Origin: Chrysomallon squamiferum
Taxonomy: Eukaryota; Animalia; Mollusca
Direction of reading: 5' to 3'
DNA: 64,000 bases
Assembly: GCA_012295275.1 (NCBI GenBank)
Contig: CM022667.1
Coordinates: 21,638,001-21,702,000 of the forward strand
The notes under the pieces were generated by a model. It saw only the letters and a program-made list of their open reading frames with translations, was not told the DNA's origin and did no database searches. The translations under genes and the position numbers were made by a program. How positions within the stretch are numbered: position 1 is the stretch's first letter; the number at the start of each line of letters is the position of its first letter. Shown in pieces: positions 61,501-64,000 of the stretch.

Positions 61501-62991
61501 CAGTCTTGAAAAATTATCTTTTTGTATATTCATAATATTGGTTTAATTTCTATGGCATTTTTGAGAATGACATAATTAATACATACAGTAAATTGAGCTA
61601 ATCAGTTCAATTAATTAAAATTCATGAATATTAGCAACTTGCTTAGAATACTGAACACCTTTAGAACTCATCAAAAACTTCATTTTGATATATAATACAT
61701 ATATTCTGGATTAAAACTATATGATATCAATGTTCATGCTTAAAAACAATTGAAATGATTCAGTTTTTCCAGAGATTATGAAAGGAAAATTTTACTTTAA
61801 TGCTATGAAAGAAATCTTGGTGTCATTTTGATAGACATTTTTTTTTTTTTTGTGCTCTTTTCTGATGGTACATGTTTTAGGAAAATAATATCTTTGATTC
61901 CAAATCAGAAAAAAAAAATCTTTCTTCATAGCACTTGATGTTTGATTTTTTTTTATACTATAAGTATGCCATATTGTTTTTTTTATCTGACATGTAATAT
62001 TTTACCAGAAATTTAAAAGGAAAATATATTAGGACGGGACAAAATTTGGACATCATTTCTTTTTACCATACCTTTAATTCCAAAACTCTGCTCTCATAGA
62101 AAGTAAGGTGCTTTATAAAATGTATCCTGCTGCAGTTTATCCAGTCTGTTTCAGAATACCACATAGCCATCCCACCAGGAAATTACTGTTTGTGACTTTA
62201 ATTATTGTTTTTAAAAATTAAGTATGAGCCAGGACATTACAAACCAGGATGTGAAAATTTGTTCAGTGTGTTTAAACAGTTGAATATTCTTTTTCTGTAC
62301 AAGACATTTTTACTAGGTTAATATATCTACCATACTTATCCATAATTAATTGTTTAATAATAAAAAATAAGGATAAAATATATGTAAAATCATTTTTTTG
62401 TCATCATTAATGAACAAGTTATTTTATCCCCATTCTTTAACTGACAGGCTTTAACCATAAAACAGAAGTAAATTGTTAATAAAAACATATTTTTATATGC
62501 ATAATCATGATAATGGTGTTAACTTTCATTATCAATAGATAATTAGTTTAGTAGATCATTTTAAAATTTGCATACCCATGGACCAGATACCATGGAATGG
62601 CCCTGCACGGTACTGACTCTTATGTCTGATTTTAAAACTACCTTTCTAAAATAAATACATCAAAATAAATAATTTTGTAACACGCACCTTGTAAGGCAAA
62701 AAGATGAACAGGCAAAGAATGAGCGAAAGCCCTTGCCAAAGGTACGTCATCAGGTGTACTTGAATCTGAATCTGGTGTATTATTCCTGTGTGCCCCACCA
62801 TTAGCTGTGGGTATCCCTAAAGTTGGGGAGTGTGTGGTTTGAAAATTGCCCAAACTACGGGCACGCGCCCTCGAACTCGATGCCTCTGCTCTTGCCATAG
62901 CAAGTCCAGGATTTCCTGTGCTTGGCCCTGGACTACTACTTGAGTAAGTTCTCATTCGAGGGGGATTGTTTGAACTCAGTTTGAGTCCCAT
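58506..62991 (-). CDS. ZNRF2: E3 ubiquitin ligase ZNRF1/2 (zinc finger + RING-H2), 187 aa
   Basis: Exons 62991-62688, 59530-59435, 59225-59120, 58563-58506 (564 nt). GIKCPVCSKFI...ECHLVMCLTKPRITYNEDIL..DKGECVICFEEL..IARLPCLCIYHKSCIDKWFEVNRSCPEHP; N-terminal MGxxxS myristoylation motif. Probably co-orthologous to vertebrate ZNRF1 and ZNRF2. Confidence 0.94.
60611..61314. mobile_element. ~700 bp MITE with ~120 bp terminal inverted repeats in ZNRF intron 1
   Basis: ACCACATACTAAATGATATAAATG...GGTATGTGACAAAAGA (60611-60726) is the near-perfect reverse complement of 61183-61314, with a short indel. Confidence 0.8.
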
Positions 62992-63110
62992 TGTACATAT
63001 ATAATCAAACTACTCGCAATTTTTAACTGCCATCTCCGCTTATTTTACGGTAACTGTAACCGAAAAAGAATCAAAATGTAAACAAAGCAAACAACAACAA
63101 TTCATTTTCA

Positions 63111-63125
63111 TCTTCCGCCATTTTC
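63111..63125 (-). promoter_or_regulatory. YY1/ETS-like motif (AAAATGGCGGAAG) in ZNRF promoter/5' leader
   Basis: CTTCCGCCATTTT on the + strand ~120 bp upstream of the ZNRF ATG; matches the YY1 consensus CCGCCATNTT. Confidence 0.5.
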
Positions 63126-63267
63126 TTTTCTTGTTTGCGTAGGGAAACCAACACAAATCAAATATGAATACTATACAGCAGACACATTTTCGAACTTATT
63201 TCTTCGACTGAGAAGTATTAAGAAAAACACTGATATCGATTTAAACACAATATTCTATTGAAAGTTG

Positions 63268-63270
<3 letters not shown>

Positions 63271-63323
<53 letters not shown>
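63271..63323. repeat. (TTA)n microsatellite
   Basis: Direct observation. Confidence 0.9.
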
Positions 63324-63325
<2 letters not shown>

Positions 63326-64000
63326 CTGATACAATATAAATAAATTAATTAATATGACAAAAGGCATGATTAATAAATGAACTTTTGTAACTTTTATAAT
63401 ACTTATTTTTGAAACATAATCTTGGTACTTTAAAAAAGAAACACAAAAAATTAAAAAAACAAAACAAAACAGAAACAGAAACAACAATAACATCTGTTAT
63501 TTAATCCGTACTTCCTGGTTTTAAGAAATTCCACAAAAGAAAGAAATATTCGATTGGATCCTTCTTTAATCCATATAATATGTTTGGTTTATAGTACGAT
63601 TTTCATGTCTTACGGACCACTAGCAGACATGTGATCAAAATAAAGTCATTGTGGCTGTATCGGACGATAAAGATTTTATTTTCTAAAATGGAAAAATAAT
63701 TAAATATAGATCAGAAAATAAAAATAAAATCGCAAGTATATTTAATATTAATATTAATGTTGTTATTACTGCTTGCAGATTATGCAGACATGTAAATTTA
63801 AAAATATTATATTATGGAATGGTTTAATGCCAGCGAACGTGTCACATGATAAAAAACATGGTGGAAACTATTATTGTTAAAAAGTATCATGGGTTTCACC
63901 ACAGAATAGTGCAGTTCTTAAAGATAATTTGTTACTTGTAAATCATTACTAGAAGAATTTAGGTATGTCTATACAATCGCAAGACGATGACAAATCTACC

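Noticed and set aside
62578-62606. CATGGAATGGCCC, similar to the Sola2-like terminus
   Set aside because: No partner TIR found nearby.

Overview
Strongly AT-rich, microsatellite-rich eukaryotic genomic DNA with GT-AG spliceosomal introns. It is from an invertebrate animal, most likely a mollusc (inference from a RabX6 gene, a MetaSINE-like relic and a Sola2-like transposon relic). Ten protein-coding genes can be built by hand with consistent splice phases. In order: 3' end of an SLC7 amino-acid transporter (+), a single-coding-exon acyl-CoA synthetase/ANL-family enzyme (+), RabX6 (+), PRELID3/slowmo (+), RAB5IF/OPTI (-), a DUSP3-like phosphatase (-), PSMA7 (+), NUTF2 (-), a DOK-like PH+PTB adaptor (+) and ZNRF1/2 (-). 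Non-coding content includes a 2.9 kb Sola2-like DNA transposon relic with ~400 bp TIRs, several MITEs, a 4.2 kb CT-derived intronic satellite and many microsatellites. The most unusual structure is a ~560 bp minisatellite in the DOK-like gene whose unit is a copy of that exon's own 5' splice site; every extra donor leads to a tail-less PH-PTB product. No prokaryotic system, CRISPR array, rRNA or tRNA was seen. All family calls are from motif recognition, not database searches.
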